A stretch of 32,000 nucleotides of DNA, taken from Phycisphaera mikurensis NBRC 102666. Its GTDB lineage: Bacteria; Planctomycetota; Phycisphaerae; Phycisphaerales; Phycisphaeraceae. Positions within the stretch are counted from its first letter, which is position 1, and the number at the start of each line of letters is the position of its first letter. Positions 1 through 9,616 of this stretch are shown here, one piece after another. The position numbers and the translations under genes are program-made. The stretch lies in the NCBI RefSeq assembly GCF_000284115.1, contig NC_017080.1:3330001-3362000 (forward strand), written 5' to 3'. Under the pieces are notes generated by a model that ran no database searches, was not told where the DNA came from, and saw only the letters and a list, made by a program, of their open reading frames with translations.

Positions 1-2
1 TC

Positions 3-2504
3 TTCCGGCCGGACCTCCTGCTGGACTACCTGCGGCACTTCATCCTGTTCGAGGGCGAAGAAGACGTCGTGAAGAAGATCGCTGGATACCACCAGTTCCA
101 CGGGGTGCGGGCGGCGGTGGAGGCGACGGTGGTCGCCGCGGACCGCGGCGTGGAAACGGCTCCGGGCGACGCGGTCCGCGAGCGGCCGGCGGCGGACTGG
201 GGGCGGCGGGTGCCGCGGGGCAGCGGGAAGGCGGGCGTCTTCTGGCACACGCAGGGCTCGGGCAAAAGCATTTCCATGGCCATGTACGCGGGCAAGCTGA
301 TGCAGCAGCCGGCGATGAACAACCCGACCCTGGTGGTGGTCACCGACCGCCTTGACCTCGACGGGCAGCTGTTCGCGCAGTTCGCGGCGGCGAAGTCGCT
401 GCTGGGCGAGAAGCCCGACCAGGCGGAGAGCCGGGAGCAGCTGCGCGACTACCTCGACGGCCGGGCCAGCGGCGGGATCGTGTTCACGACGGTGCAAAAG
501 TTCGCGCCGCTGGACGGGGAGGAGGCGCACCCGGTGCTGAGCGGGCGGAGCAACGTCGTCGTGATCAGCGACGAGGCGCACCGCAGCCAGTACGGGATCA
601 AGCCGACGCTGGACAGGAAGACCGGGCGGTACGTCTACGGCTACGCCAAGCACCTCCGCGATGCCCTTTCGGGGGCGTCGTTCATCGGGTTCACGGGGAC
701 GCCGATCAGCAGCGAGGACCGCGACACCCGCGGCGTGTTCGGCGAGTACGTGAGCGTCTACGACATCGCCGACGCCGTGGAGGACGGGGCGACGGTGCAG
801 ATCTACTACGAGAGCCGGCGGGCGAAGCTGGACCTGAACGACGCGGAGATCGAGACGCTCAACCAACAGGTGGACGAGGTCGTCGAGGACGAGGAGACCG
901 AGGACCGGGAGCGGACCAAGGGCCACTGGGCGCAGCTGGCGAAGCTGGTGGGGGCGCGGCCGCGGCTGGAGGCGATCGCGGACGACCTGCTGGCGCACTT
1001 CGACCAGCGGAAGGAGGCGATGGCGTCGCAGGTCGGGCCCGACGGCGGGAAGGCGATGATCGTCACGATGAGCCGGGACATCTGCGTCGCGCTCTTCGAC
1101 GAGATCGTCCGCCGGCGGCCGGAGATGGCGGGCAGCCGGAAGGACGACGGCACGTGGAACCCCGAGGACGGGTCGATCCGCGTGGTGATGACCGGCACGG
1201 CGACCGATCGGGTTGAGCTGCGGCACCACCAGCACGGCAAGGCCCAGCGCGAGCGGCTGGCCAAGCGGTTCAAGGACCCGGCCGACCCGCTGGAGCTGGT
1301 GATCGTGCGGGACATGTGGCTGACCGGCTTCGACGCGCCGTGCTGCCACACGATGTATGTGGACAAGCCGATGCGGGGGCATGCGCTGATGCAGGCGATC
1401 GCCCGGGTGAACCGGGTGTTCCGCGAGAAGGCGGGCGGGCTGGTGGTCGACTACATCGGGATCGCCAACGAGCTGAAGCAGGCGCTCAAGACGTACACGG
1501 AGAGCAAGGGGCGTGGCCAGCCGACGGTGCGGGCGGAGGACGGGCTTCGCATCCTGAAGGAGAAGGTGGGCGTTCTGCGGGACATGATGCGGGAGAACGG
1601 CGGCTTCGCGTACGCGGGCTTCGAGACGCAGCCGTTGGAGCTGCTGCCGGGGGTGACGAACCACCTCCTCGGGCTCGACGACGGCAAGCGGCGCTTCCTG
1701 GACGTGATGGCCTCGGTGCTGAAGGCGTTCAGCCTGTGCGCCACGCTGGACGAGGCGGCGGCGCTGCGGACGGAGATCGCGTTCTTCTCGGCCGTCCGCG
1801 GCGTGCTCGCCAAGCACGGGCAGGAAGAGCCGAAGCGTGGCGGCGCGGACAAGAGCGCATCGCTCAAGCTGATCCTGGACAACGCGGTGGTGAGCGAGGG
1901 CGTGGACGACATCTTCGCGATGGCGGGGCTGGAGCGGCCGGACATCGGGCTGCTGAGCGAGGGGTTCCTCGAGGACGTGCGGCGGATGCCGGCGAAGAAC
2001 CTCGCGGTCGAGCTGCTGGAGCGGCTGATCCGCGACGAGATCCGCGGGCGGTCGCGGAACAACGTCGTGCGTGAGAGCCGGTACGGCGAGCGGCTGGCCG
2101 AGACGCTGCGGCGGTACAACAACCGGGCGATCGAGTCGGGGGCGGTGGTGGAGGAGCTGATCGCGATGGCGAGGGACTTCGCCGAGGCGGTGCGGCGTGA
2201 CGAGGACCTGGGGCTGTCGCCAGACGAGATCGCGTTCTACGAGGCGCTCGCGGAGCGGCCGGAGGTGCTCCGGGAGATGGGAGACGAGACGCTCAAGGCG
2301 CTGGCGGTGGAGCTGACGGCGAAGCTGCGGGCGAGCACGACGGTGGACTGGCGGGTGCGCGAGAGCGTGCGGGCACGGATGCGGCTGCTGATCAAGCGCC
2401 TGCTGCGGAAGCACCGGTACCCGCCGGCGGGCCAAGAGCGGGCGGTGGACGTGGTGATCGCGCAGGCGGAGCGGCTGAGCGAGGGCTGGTCCGCGGCGGG
2501 GTGA
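3..2504 (+). CDS. hsdR: Type I restriction endonuclease subunit R (HsdR), 5'-truncated by window edge
   Basis: The frame is open from base 3 ([38 protein letters not shown]...), upstream of the listed GTG at 69. Motifs: [14 protein letters not shown] (Walker A-like), [13 protein letters not shown] (DEAH), GFTGTPI, and [31 protein letters not shown], typical of HsdR. Confidence 0.95.
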   Translation, partial: FRPDLLLDYLRHFILFEGEEDVVKKIAGYHQFHGVRAAVEATVVAADRGVETAPGDAVRERPAADWGRRVPRGSGKAGVFWHTQGSGKSISMAMYAGKLMQQPAMNNPTLVVVTDRLDLDGQLFAQFAAAKSLLGEKPDQAESREQLRDYLDGRASGGIVFTTVQKFAPLDGEEAHPVLSGRSNVVVISDEAHRSQYGIKPTLDRKTGRYVYGYAKHLRDALSGASFIGFTGTPISSEDRDTRGVFGEYVSVYDIADAVEDGATVQIYYESRRAKLDLNDAEIETLNQQVDEVVEDEETEDRERTKGHWAQLAKLVGARPRLEAIADDLLAHFDQRKEAMASQVGPDGGKAMIVTMSRDICVALFDEIVRRRPEMAGSRKDDGTWNPEDGSIRVVMTGTATDRVELRHHQHGKAQRERLAKRFKDPADPLELVIVRDMWLTGFDAPCCHTMYVDKPMRGHALMQAIARVNRVFREKAGGLVVDYIGIANELKQALKTYTESKGRGQPTVRAEDGLRILKEKVGVLRDMMRENGGFAYAGFETQPLELLPGVTNHLLGLDDGKRRFLDVMASVLKAFSLCATLDEAAALRTEIAFFSAVRGVLAKHGQEEPKRGGADKSASLKLILDNAVVSEGVDDIFAMAGLERPDIGLLSEGFLEDVRRMPAKNLAVELLERLIRDEIRGRSRNNVVRESRYGERLAETLRRYNNRAIESGAVVEELIAMARDFAEAVRRDEDLGLSPDEIAFYEALAERPEVLREMGDETLKALAVELTAKLRASTTVDWRVRESVRARMRLLIKRLLRKHRYPPAGQERAVDVVIAQAERLSEGWSAAG

Positions 2505-2510
2505 CGAGGG

Positions 2511-2554
2511 CTCGGCACGCGGGGCAGCGTGGCCGGCTTCCGCCGTGTGCCGAG
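2511..2554. terminator. Candidate bidirectional terminator hairpin between convergent hsdR and sulfatase genes
   Basis: ctcggcacgcgg (2511-2522) pairs with ccgtgtgccgag (2543-2554): 12 bp with one G-U pair and a 20-nt loop, lying between two convergent stop codons. No T-tract. Confidence 0.45.
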
Positions 2555-2592
2555 GCTTCCACGTTGCGTAGGAGCTCGGGGCACGCTGCGGT

Positions 2593-4041
2593 TCAGCCGA
2601 TCCACATGGTGTCGCGGAGGGCTTGGCCGAGGTGCTCGGTGGGGCCGAGGCCGGCGCGGTCGAGGGCGCGGAGCTGGGCGGGCGTGGGGCGTTCGCGCCG
2701 CTCGTTGACGAGTGTTCCGTCCCGCAGGTGCGGGTGGTGCTCGGCGGCGAGGTGCTCGACGAAGAGGCCGCGCATCCGGTCGAGCGGCTCCCCGTGCAGC
2801 GGGTGCTCGTCGTGCGGGTCGGCGGCGGTGTCGAAGCAGAGCTCGCGGCCGTCGGCGGCGGACCAGAGGTACTTGAAGCGGCCGTCGTGGAGCATGTGCC
2901 GCTCGTCGAGCTGGCCGTGCAGGAGGTGGGGTTCCCGCGCCTCGCCGCGGAGGCTGGGCATCAGCGAGCGGCCGGTGACGCCGGCGGGCGTGCCGGCGCC
3001 GGCGGCCTCGCAGAGCGTCGGGAGCACGTCGGCCCACTCGACCAGGTCGTCGCAGACGCGGCCGGGCTCGAGCCCCCAGGATGCCGGCGGCCGCACGATC
3101 AGCGGGACCTTCGCGGAAGCCTCCAGGAAGCACCGCTTCGAGAACATGCCGGCGTCGCCGAGCATCTCGCCGTGGTCGGAGCTGTAGATGACCAGCGTGT
3201 CGTCCCACGCCCCGAGCATCTGCAGCTGGGCGATGAGCCGGCCGAGCTGGTGGTCGAGGTTGGTGACCATGCCCAGGTACACGCTGCGGATCCGGTGGAT
3301 CTCCTCGGGCGTGAAGGGCTTCTTGTTCCAGCCGACGCGTTCGGTGTAGTTGGTCAGCGGCTCGCCGTCGGTGCCGATCCAGCCCGGGACGACCGGCTCG
3401 CCGAGGTCGGCGTCGTCGTACATCGAGAAGTAGGGCTCGTGGATGACCATCGGCGGGTGCGGGTCCTGCACCGAGATCCACAGGCCAAAGGGCGTGCCCT
3501 CTTCGCGGGTCTCCAGGAACCGACAGCCCTGCTCGACGCACCAGTTGGTGGTGTGCAGGTGCGGCGGAAAGGCGGAGGGGGCGGGGTCGAACTCGTTGTA
3601 GCCCAGGCCGGCCTGCATGCCCGGGCGGCCGTCGCTGTACGCGAATTGGGCGCGGCGGAGGCCGGCCATCCAGGTGACGTGCTCGAAGCCGCCGCGGTCG
3701 CTGGGGGGCAGGAACCAGTGGGTCTTGCCGACGAGCTCGGTCTGGTAGCCGGCGGCGGTGAGCCGCGAGCCGAGCAGGTCCTCGCGGGGGACGGGCATCC
3801 GGAAGCCGGTGGAGTAGCTGCAGCAGCCGAGCTCGTGGGCGCGGCGGCCGCTGATCAGAGCGGACCGGGCCGGGATGCAGACGGGGCAGTCGACGTAGGC
3901 GTTGGAGAAGCGGACGCCCTCATAGGCGAGCCGGTCCAGGTGCGGCGTGCGCACCGCGGGGTGGCCGGCGCAGGCCATGGCGTCGGCGCGGTGCTGGTCG
4001 CTGGTGATGAGCAGGACGTTGGGGCGCTCGCGGTCGCTCAT
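2593..4041 (-). CDS. Sulfatase (arylsulfatase family, Cys-type formylglycine-dependent)
   Basis: 482 aa. RPNVLLITSDQHRADAMACAGHPAVRTPHLDRLAYEGVRF and the C-x-P-x-R motif in VDCPVCIPARSALISGR; also YSSDHGEMLGDAGMFSKRCFLEASAKVPL. Confidence 0.93.
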   Translation of the reverse strand: MSDRERPNVLLITSDQHRADAMACAGHPAVRTPHLDRLAYEGVRFSNAYVDCPVCIPARSALISGRRAHELGCCSYSTGFRMPVPREDLLGSRLTAAGYQTELVGKTHWFLPPSDRGGFEHVTWMAGLRRAQFAYSDGRPGMQAGLGYNEFDPAPSAFPPHLHTTNWCVEQGCRFLETREEGTPFGLWISVQDPHPPMVIHEPYFSMYDDADLGEPVVPGWIGTDGEPLTNYTERVGWNKKPFTPEEIHRIRSVYLGMVTNLDHQLGRLIAQLQMLGAWDDTLVIYSSDHGEMLGDAGMFSKRCFLEASAKVPLIVRPPASWGLEPGRVCDDLVEWADVLPTLCEAAGAGTPAGVTGRSLMPSLRGEAREPHLLHGQLDERHMLHDGRFKYLWSAADGRELCFDTAADPHDEHPLHGEPLDRMRGLFVEHLAAEHHPHLRDGTLVNERRERPTPAQLRALDRAGLGPTEHLGQALRDTMWIG

Positions 4042-4108
4042 GGCGGGAAACTACCGAGACGGGACCCGGGGCGTCCACCCGCCTCCGCCTACTCGCGGGG
4101 CGGGTGGA

Positions 4109-6031
4109 TCACGCCGATTGCGTCGCCCGCAGCGTCTGATCGAAGGTGCTCACGGTGTGGGCGACCAGGCCGTACACGACCACGCCGTAGACCCCGGCGG
4201 CGAGCGTCGCGGCGGCGAGCAGCACGATGCGGCCGAGAGAAGGGTCGGCGGGGAAACCGGCGGCGAGGCCGTAGGGGTTCACGAGCATCGGCACGCCGGT
4301 GGCGGGGGAGAGCGCGTTGAGCATGGGGCCCAAGAGAGGCACGCGGCCGGCGACCGGGGCGCCGCACAGGCCGGTCACCAGCACGACCGGGGCGATGACG
4401 CCGAGGGTGGCGGTGACGGCGGAGAGCACGCCGCGCGAGCGCAGGCTCCAGGCCATCCCGACGGCGACGCAGAGCGCGACGAAGGGCACGAGCACCAGGG
4501 CGAGCAGGAGCGCCGCCTCGGGCAGGACGACCCAGGCCGGGGTCACCATCGCGGCGGCGCCCGAGCCGGAGACCTCCGCGACCCAGCGGTGGGGGTAGCC
4601 GCCGGCGTCGCGCGCGAGCCAGGCCACCAGGGCGTACCCGCCCGCGAGCCCCAGCGTGCCGACGGGCGCCGCGAGCAGCACCGCGAGGAAGCGGACCAGG
4701 CCGCGGAGCTTGCCCCACACGTAGTCGGCCGGCGTGATGGGGGTAGTGAGCAGCACGTCCAGCGTGCCGTCCTCACGCTCGCGCGACACGGCGCCGGCGG
4801 AGAGGTAGACGGCGACCAGCGACACCACGGCGACCTGCGCGAGCAGCAGCACGGACAAGGCGGCATGCAGCGTGCGGACCTGCTCGTCGGCGACGCCCGC
4901 CAGCGCCGCCCCGCCGGCGGGTGGCGGCAGCTCGGGCAGCACGCGGCCGTGGTAGGCGAGCAGCAGCCCGGCCGCGGCGGCGAGCGAGCCCAGCGTGAAG
5001 CCCCAGCGGGCCAGGATCCCCAAGGCCATCTTGCCGCGCGTGTTCGCTTCGGCCCAGGCCACGGGGTTGCCGGTGACCTCGCGGGCGGGCCGGTCGCGGC
5101 TTCCCCGGCCCAGCCGCAGCGCCCGCCCGAGCGGGCCGGACAGCCGCGTCGTGAGCCCGCCGAGGCCCTGGCCGAGCCGGCGGACGAGCACCGCGGAGGC
5201 GAGCACGAGGCACGCGGCGAGCCCGAGGGTCCACGCGAGGTACGCCTGCAGCGGCTCGGTGAGGAACCACCGCGCAAGCCCCGGCAGCCCCGCCACCGCG
5301 GCCGCCGGCGGCGGGCGGTAGCCCTCGCCGAGCACGCGGCTCTCCAGGACCAGCAGCGGGTGCAGCCCCGTAAGCCAGGTCGTGTACGGCGTGGGATTCA
5401 GCGGCCGCAGCAGCAGCCGGTCGAGGGCGTAGCCGCCGGCGAGCAGCGCCGCGACCGCGACGACGAAGCCGTAGACCGCGGCCCGCCCCCCGACCCGGGC
5501 CACCGACAGCGACACGGCGACGGCTCCAACCAGCGTGGCCGTGGCCGCCGCGACCGCGAAGGACTCCGCCACCGCCGCGGGCCGGACGCCGCCGAACAGC
5601 GGCAGCACCGCGACCAGCGGGAGCCACGCGGTCAGCAGCGCGAAGACGAAGAACAGCCGGCCCAGGAGCGAGCCGAGCACCACCTGAAGGTTCGACAGCG
5701 GCGTGGTGAGCAGCACGTCCCAGGTGCGGCCCTGCCGCTCGCTCGCGATCGCGCCGGCCATGAACAGCGGCGCGAGCAGGCACACGCCGAGCACCTGCGC
5801 GTACGCCAGCAGGGCGAACAGCCGCGTGCCCGCCGCGGCGAGGCTCGCCAGCTCCACGCCCGGCTCGAGCACCCCGGCGTACAGCAGCGACCCGACGGTG
5901 AGCGTGACCCCCACCAGCAGCACGCCCATCCGCACCGCGAGGTGATCCGCCCGCCGGCCGGCCCCGCCGACGATCCGCCGAGCCACCGGGTTGTCCCAGA
6001 GCCAGGACGCGACGATCCGGTAGAGCAGCAC
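4109..6031 (-). CDS. ABC-2-type transporter permease protein
   Basis: 640 aa with many hydrophobic segments. Two similar signatures, AIASERQGRTWDVLLTTPLSNLQVVLGSLLGRL and AVSREREDGTLDVLLTTPITPADYVWGKLRG, are typical of ABC-2 permeases. Confidence 0.8.
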   Translation of the reverse strand: MLLYRIVASWLWDNPVARRIVGGAGRRADHLAVRMGVLLVGVTLTVGSLLYAGVLEPGVELASLAAAGTRLFALLAYAQVLGVCLLAPLFMAGAIASERQGRTWDVLLTTPLSNLQVVLGSLLGRLFFVFALLTAWLPLVAVLPLFGGVRPAAVAESFAVAAATATLVGAVAVSLSVARVGGRAAVYGFVVAVAALLAGGYALDRLLLRPLNPTPYTTWLTGLHPLLVLESRVLGEGYRPPPAAAVAGLPGLARWFLTEPLQAYLAWTLGLAACLVLASAVLVRRLGQGLGGLTTRLSGPLGRALRLGRGSRDRPAREVTGNPVAWAEANTRGKMALGILARWGFTLGSLAAAAGLLLAYHGRVLPELPPPAGGAALAGVADEQVRTLHAALSVLLLAQVAVVSLVAVYLSAGAVSREREDGTLDVLLTTPITPADYVWGKLRGLVRFLAVLLAAPVGTLGLAGGYALVAWLARDAGGYPHRWVAEVSGSGAAAMVTPAWVVLPEAALLLALVLVPFVALCVAVGMAWSLRSRGVLSAVTATLGVIAPVVLVTGLCGAPVAGRVPLLGPMLNALSPATGVPMLVNPYGLAAGFPADPSLGRIVLLAAATLAAGVYGVVVYGLVAHTVSTFDQTLRATQSA

Positions 6032-6199
6032 GGGCCGAGGTTACGGGGGGCTCCGGCTCCCGCGGACGGCACGGGGAGCGGGCCGCCGGCAGGGGAGCGT
6101 CGCGGAACCAACGCCGGGGCCGGGCGCTCGGCCGCCCCCGCGGCCGCCCTCCCTGCCGGGTGCCCCCGGCGGCCGGCCCGCCCCCCTTACGCTCCACCG

Positions 6200-6715
6200 A
6201 TGACCGCCGTCGACTGGGTCCGCCGGATGCACGCCCACAAGCGTTGGGCGAACCGCCGGCTGCTCGAGGCCGTGGAAGACCTGCCGGAGAAGGATCGGCA
6301 CCGCTCCTTCGGGATCGGCCACGGCTCGGCGTGGGCGACGGTCGTGCATCTCTGGGCGGTGGACGCGGCCTGGCTCGAGACGATCGGCGGCCGCGAGGAC
6401 GCTCCGGTGGTGAAGGCGGGCGCGGTCGGCTCGGTGGAGGCGCTGGAGGCGCTGTGGGACGTGGCCGACGAGCGGTGGGTCACGCTGCTCGCCGGGCTCG
6501 AACCCGAGGATCTGGACCGACCGGTTTGGCGGACCAGCGCCGCGACCGGCGGCCGCCGCCGCGGCATGCCGCTGCACGACGTGCTGATCCACGTGTGCAC
6601 GCACGCGCAGTACACCGGCTCGCAGTGCGTGAACATCCTGCGGCGGCTGCGGGTGGCGGAGCTGCCGCGGATCTCGATGACGACGCTGAGCCGGGCCGGC
6701 TTCGAGGGACGCTGA
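6200..6715 (+). CDS. DinB-family-like protein
   Basis: Real gene inside the C-terminal end of the spurious ORF 3947..6715; ATG at 6200 gives 171 aa: MTAVDWVRRMHAHKRWANRRLLEAVEDLPEKDR...HGSAWATVVHLWAVDAAWLE...MPLHDVLIHVCTHAQYTGSQCVNILRRL. His spacing and helical pattern are as in DinB/YfiT-like proteins. Confidence 0.82.
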   Translation: MTAVDWVRRMHAHKRWANRRLLEAVEDLPEKDRHRSFGIGHGSAWATVVHLWAVDAAWLETIGGREDAPVVKAGAVGSVEALEALWDVADERWVTLLAGLEPEDLDRPVWRTSAATGGRRRGMPLHDVLIHVCTHAQYTGSQCVNILRRLRVAELPRISMTTLSRAGFEGR

Positions 6716-6736
6716 TGGGCGCGTCCGGCCGCCGGG

Positions 6737-8233
6737 TCAGGGCCTCCGCTGCACGGCGGCGGGAGCCGGCCGCTCGAGCAGGAGCCACAGGACGTTGTCG
6801 CTGAAGGCGGGGTCGCGCGTGAGGCCCAGGTGGTTGGTGTGCAGGAAGGTGACGCCGGCGTAGGCCAGCGGGCTTTGCAGGCGGGTCGTCCAGCCGGGTT
6901 CGCCCGGGGCGGGGCGCTCGTCGAGCAGGGCCGAGGCGCGGGTGACCGTGCCGTCGCCGGGGGCGTGGGCGTGGGGCTTGGCGCCGCCGCGGCCGGCCCG
7001 CATCGCCGACGCGGTCGCGACGGCGTCTCCGGCGACCAGGAAGATCTCGGTGCCCGCCGGCGGCGCGGCGGGCCGGTCCATCGCCGCCTGGAAGGCGCTC
7101 GCGCGGCGGAGCGCCTTCGCCTGGTGGTCCAGCGCGATCCGCCGACGCTCGGCCGGGTCGTCGACACCGGGCAGCAGCACCGCGAGCTGCCCGTCGGCGT
7201 CGGGGTCGGCGAGGCCCCAGCCGCGTGACACCCAAACCTCCGGCGACAGCGGGTCCAGGGCGGCCCCGTCCTCGTCGAGGAGGGAATCGTGCCGACCACG
7301 CGGCAGGAGCTGGTAGAGCGCGGGCATCGTCCCGAGGATCTGCGGCGCGTACGCCGGCAGGAAGGGCCCGAAGGTGGCGCCGTCGATGAGGTTGGTCAGC
7401 ACCTTCGCCGAGCCCGCGTTGGGCGTGCCGATCATCACCAGCTTCGACACCAGCGGGGCTCCCGACCACGGCACGGGCGCCGCGGGATCGGGTCCGGCCG
7501 CACCGCCCCCGTAGCGCAGCTGGTGGCGGGCGACCAGGCCGCCCATCGAGTGGGCGATGACGTCGAAGCGGACCGGATGGTCCTGGGGGGTGCCGCCGTA
7601 GCGGCGGGCCCGCTCGGCCTGCACCTCCGCCCGACGCTCGAGCATGAAGCGGTGGAGCAGCGCCGCGTTCTCGGCGTTGTCGCGTCGCCAGTCGTACGCG
7701 AACTGGAAGCAGGTGAAGTGGCCCTCCCCCCAGTCGAGCATTCCCATGGGCGTCGTGGCCGCCGCCCGGTCGGCCTCGCTGGCGTCCACCGGGGCCAGCC
7801 CGCTCGCCAGCGCCGGGTCGACGTAGCCGGCGGCGCCGAGCAGGCCGAGGATGTCCGCGTACGCCCGCTGCTGGAAAGGCAGGCCGAAGAGACTGATCCT
7901 CACGCGGTCCAGGGCACCGTTGGGCTTGACGCCGTCGACGAGGCCGGCCAGCGGCACCCCCGGCCGCATCGGCAGCGCGAGCAGCCGCGCTCCCCGGGGC
8001 TTCCTCGGGTTCTCGGAGCCGCCGCCGAAAGCTCCCCAGACCACCTCCCCCGCGGGTCCCGCGAGCTTGCTGCCGAGCACGCCGGGAATGACGATGACCG
8101 GGTTGCGCTCCGGCGCGTCGGTGCGGGCGGCGGGCCCGTAGATGTCGTCGAGCTTGGGCTGGTGCAGCGGGGCCGAGCAGGCGGAGGAAAGCATCACCGA
8201 GAGGAAGAGGCCGGCGACGAGGAGGTTCCGCAT
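6737..8233 (-). CDS. LCAT-like alpha/beta-hydrolase (lipase-like), probable exported lipoprotein
   Basis: Start chosen at MRNLLVAGLFLSVMLSSACSAP (signal peptide with Cys); NPVIVIPGVLGSKLAG and the Ser-nucleophile elbow FDVIAHSMGGLVARHQLRYG resemble lecithin:cholesterol acyltransferase-like proteins. Confidence 0.75.
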   Translation of the reverse strand: MRNLLVAGLFLSVMLSSACSAPLHQPKLDDIYGPAARTDAPERNPVIVIPGVLGSKLAGPAGEVVWGAFGGGSENPRKPRGARLLALPMRPGVPLAGLVDGVKPNGALDRVRISLFGLPFQQRAYADILGLLGAAGYVDPALASGLAPVDASEADRAAATTPMGMLDWGEGHFTCFQFAYDWRRDNAENAALLHRFMLERRAEVQAERARRYGGTPQDHPVRFDVIAHSMGGLVARHQLRYGGGAAGPDPAAPVPWSGAPLVSKLVMIGTPNAGSAKVLTNLIDGATFGPFLPAYAPQILGTMPALYQLLPRGRHDSLLDEDGAALDPLSPEVWVSRGWGLADPDADGQLAVLLPGVDDPAERRRIALDHQAKALRRASAFQAAMDRPAAPPAGTEIFLVAGDAVATASAMRAGRGGAKPHAHAPGDGTVTRASALLDERPAPGEPGWTTRLQSPLAYAGVTFLHTNHLGLTRDPAFSDNVLWLLLERPAPAAVQRRP

Positions 8234-8303
8234 GGGGCGAGGGTAAGAGCGAGCGGAGAAGCGACGCCCCGGCGCCGCCGCGGGCACCCTTTACTGCAAC
8301 CCC

Positions 8304-9026
8304 TTGCCCCCCCTCCTCCACATCTCGGGCGTCACGAAGCGGTACCGGCAGGGGCGCGGCCGGTACGTGGACGCCCTGCGGGGCGTCGACCTGGAGGTGC
8401 CCCGCGGCGAGTTCCTCGCGATCATGGGCCCTTCGGGCTCGGGCAAGTCGACGCTGTTCAACCTCATCGGCGCACTGGACAAGCCCACCGCGGGCGAGGT
8501 GACGCTCGGCGGGTTGGCGCTCCCGCGGCTGCGGCCGCGGCAGCTTGCGTACGTGCGCTGCCGGCACATCGGCTACGTCTTCCAGGCGTACAACCTGGTG
8601 GCCTCGCTGTCGGCGCTCAAGAACGTGGCGCTGCCGGCGGTGTTCGGCGGAGCCGGCGTCGACGAGGCCGACGCGCTGGCGCGGGCCCAGCTCGACGCCG
8701 TCGGGCTGGGGCACCGGCTCGACCACCGCCCCGACCAGCTCTCCGGCGGGCAGCAGCAGCGGGTGGCGATCGCGCGGGCCCTCGTCAACGCCCCCGCCCT
8801 GCTGCTGGCGGACGAGCCGACGGCGAACCTCGACCACCGGACCGGGTCGGAGGTGATCGACCTCTTCCGCGAGCTCGGCGCGGCGCGGGGCATGACGGTC
8901 GTCACGACGACGCACGACCACCAGATGCTGCAGCGCAGCGACCGGGTCGTGTGGATCCGCGATGGGCAGAAGGTGCGCGAGGCGTCGTCGGCGGAGCTGG
9001 AGATCACGACCGGCGAGGTGGGCTGA
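8304..9026 (+). CDS. ABC transporter ATP-binding protein (LolD/MacB-type)
   Basis: 240 aa, TTG start. Walker A GPSGSGKST, signature LSGGQQQRVAIARAL, Walker B ALLLADEPTANLD, H-loop THD. Confidence 0.92.
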   Translation: MPPLLHISGVTKRYRQGRGRYVDALRGVDLEVPRGEFLAIMGPSGSGKSTLFNLIGALDKPTAGEVTLGGLALPRLRPRQLAYVRCRHIGYVFQAYNLVASLSALKNVALPAVFGGAGVDEADALARAQLDAVGLGHRLDHRPDQLSGGQQQRVAIARALVNAPALLLADEPTANLDHRTGSEVIDLFRELGAARGMTVVTTTHDHQMLQRSDRVVWIRDGQKVREASSAELEITTGEVG

Positions 9027-9035
9027 CCTCGGCGT

Positions 9036-9081
9036 CCGCGGACCGCCGGGCGGCGGGCCCGACGGGGGCGACGGTCCGCGG
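9036..9081. terminator. Copy A of dispersed hairpin family CCGCGGACCG-N26-CGGTCCGCGG
   Basis: Perfect inverted repeat tccgcggaccg (9035-9045) / cggtccgcgga (9072-9082), between convergent stop codons of the ABC ATPase and the response regulator. Confidence 0.55.
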
Positions 9082-9092
9082 ATTCCGCGGGT

Positions 9093-9506
9093 TCAGGCCG
9101 CGACCCCGGAAGCGGCCGGCGAGCCGAGCACCTCCTGAACGAGGGCGAGCATCTCGCGGCCGCTGAACGGCTTCCGCTTCACGGCGACGAGGCTCGGGCT
9201 GCCGAGGGCCTCCGGGGGCAGCGTGTGGCCGCGGCCGGTGAGCAGCACGACCGGGATCCCGTGCAGCGTCGGGTCGGCCTGCAGTTTGGCGACCAGGCCG
9301 GCGCCGTCGAGCACCGGCATGTTGAAGTCCGAGACGATCAGCGAGGGGTGCCGCTGGGTCGCGACGGCCAGGGCTTCGGCGCCGTTGCACGCGGTCGCGA
9401 CGGCGATGCCGGCGCCCTCCAGCTTGAGCGCCAGCAGCCGCAGGATGTGCGACTCGTCGTCGACCAGGAGCACGAGCGGCGGGGTTGCAGCGGGATCGGC
9501 CGGCAT
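9093..9506 (-). CDS. Single-domain (CheY-like) response regulator
   Basis: ATG at 9506: MPADPAATPPLVLLVDDESHILRLLALKLEGAGIAVATACNGAEALAV...LIVSDFNMPVLDGAGLV...PVVLLTGRG...KRKPFS. Acidic pair, phospho-acceptor Asp, T and K positions conserved. Confidence 0.92.
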   Translation of the reverse strand: MPADPAATPPLVLLVDDESHILRLLALKLEGAGIAVATACNGAEALAVATQRHPSLIVSDFNMPVLDGAGLVAKLQADPTLHGIPVVLLTGRGHTLPPEALGSPSLVAVKRKPFSGREMLALVQEVLGSPAASGVAA

Positions 9507-9616
9507 GCGGTCGGCATCGGCCCGTCGGCTTAAAGCCTTGAGCACGCGGTGCGGACGCCCCGGCGTCGCGCTTGGTAATAGCGTGGGCCGCCGCGGCCGG
9601 CCGGCCCGAGTGCCGC

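Noticed and set aside
3-2504. HsdR as part of a novel defence island
   Set aside because: Only the HsdR subunit is visible and it looks canonical; the genes downstream in the window are metabolic or transport genes. HsdM/HsdS and other defence genes would lie outside the window if present.
2623-4320. 565-aa plus-strand ORF opposite the sulfatase
   Set aside because: Antisense to a sulfatase with intact catalytic motifs; no protein features of its own.
3947-6715. 922-aa plus-strand ORF
   Set aside because: Only the last 171 residues (from ATG 6200) look like a real protein (DinB-like); the remainder is antisense to the ABC-2 permease.
6480-9166. Large plus-strand ORFs 6480..8921 and 7289..9166
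   Set aside because: Antisense to the LCAT-like gene or out of frame with the ABC ATPase; low-complexity sequence only.
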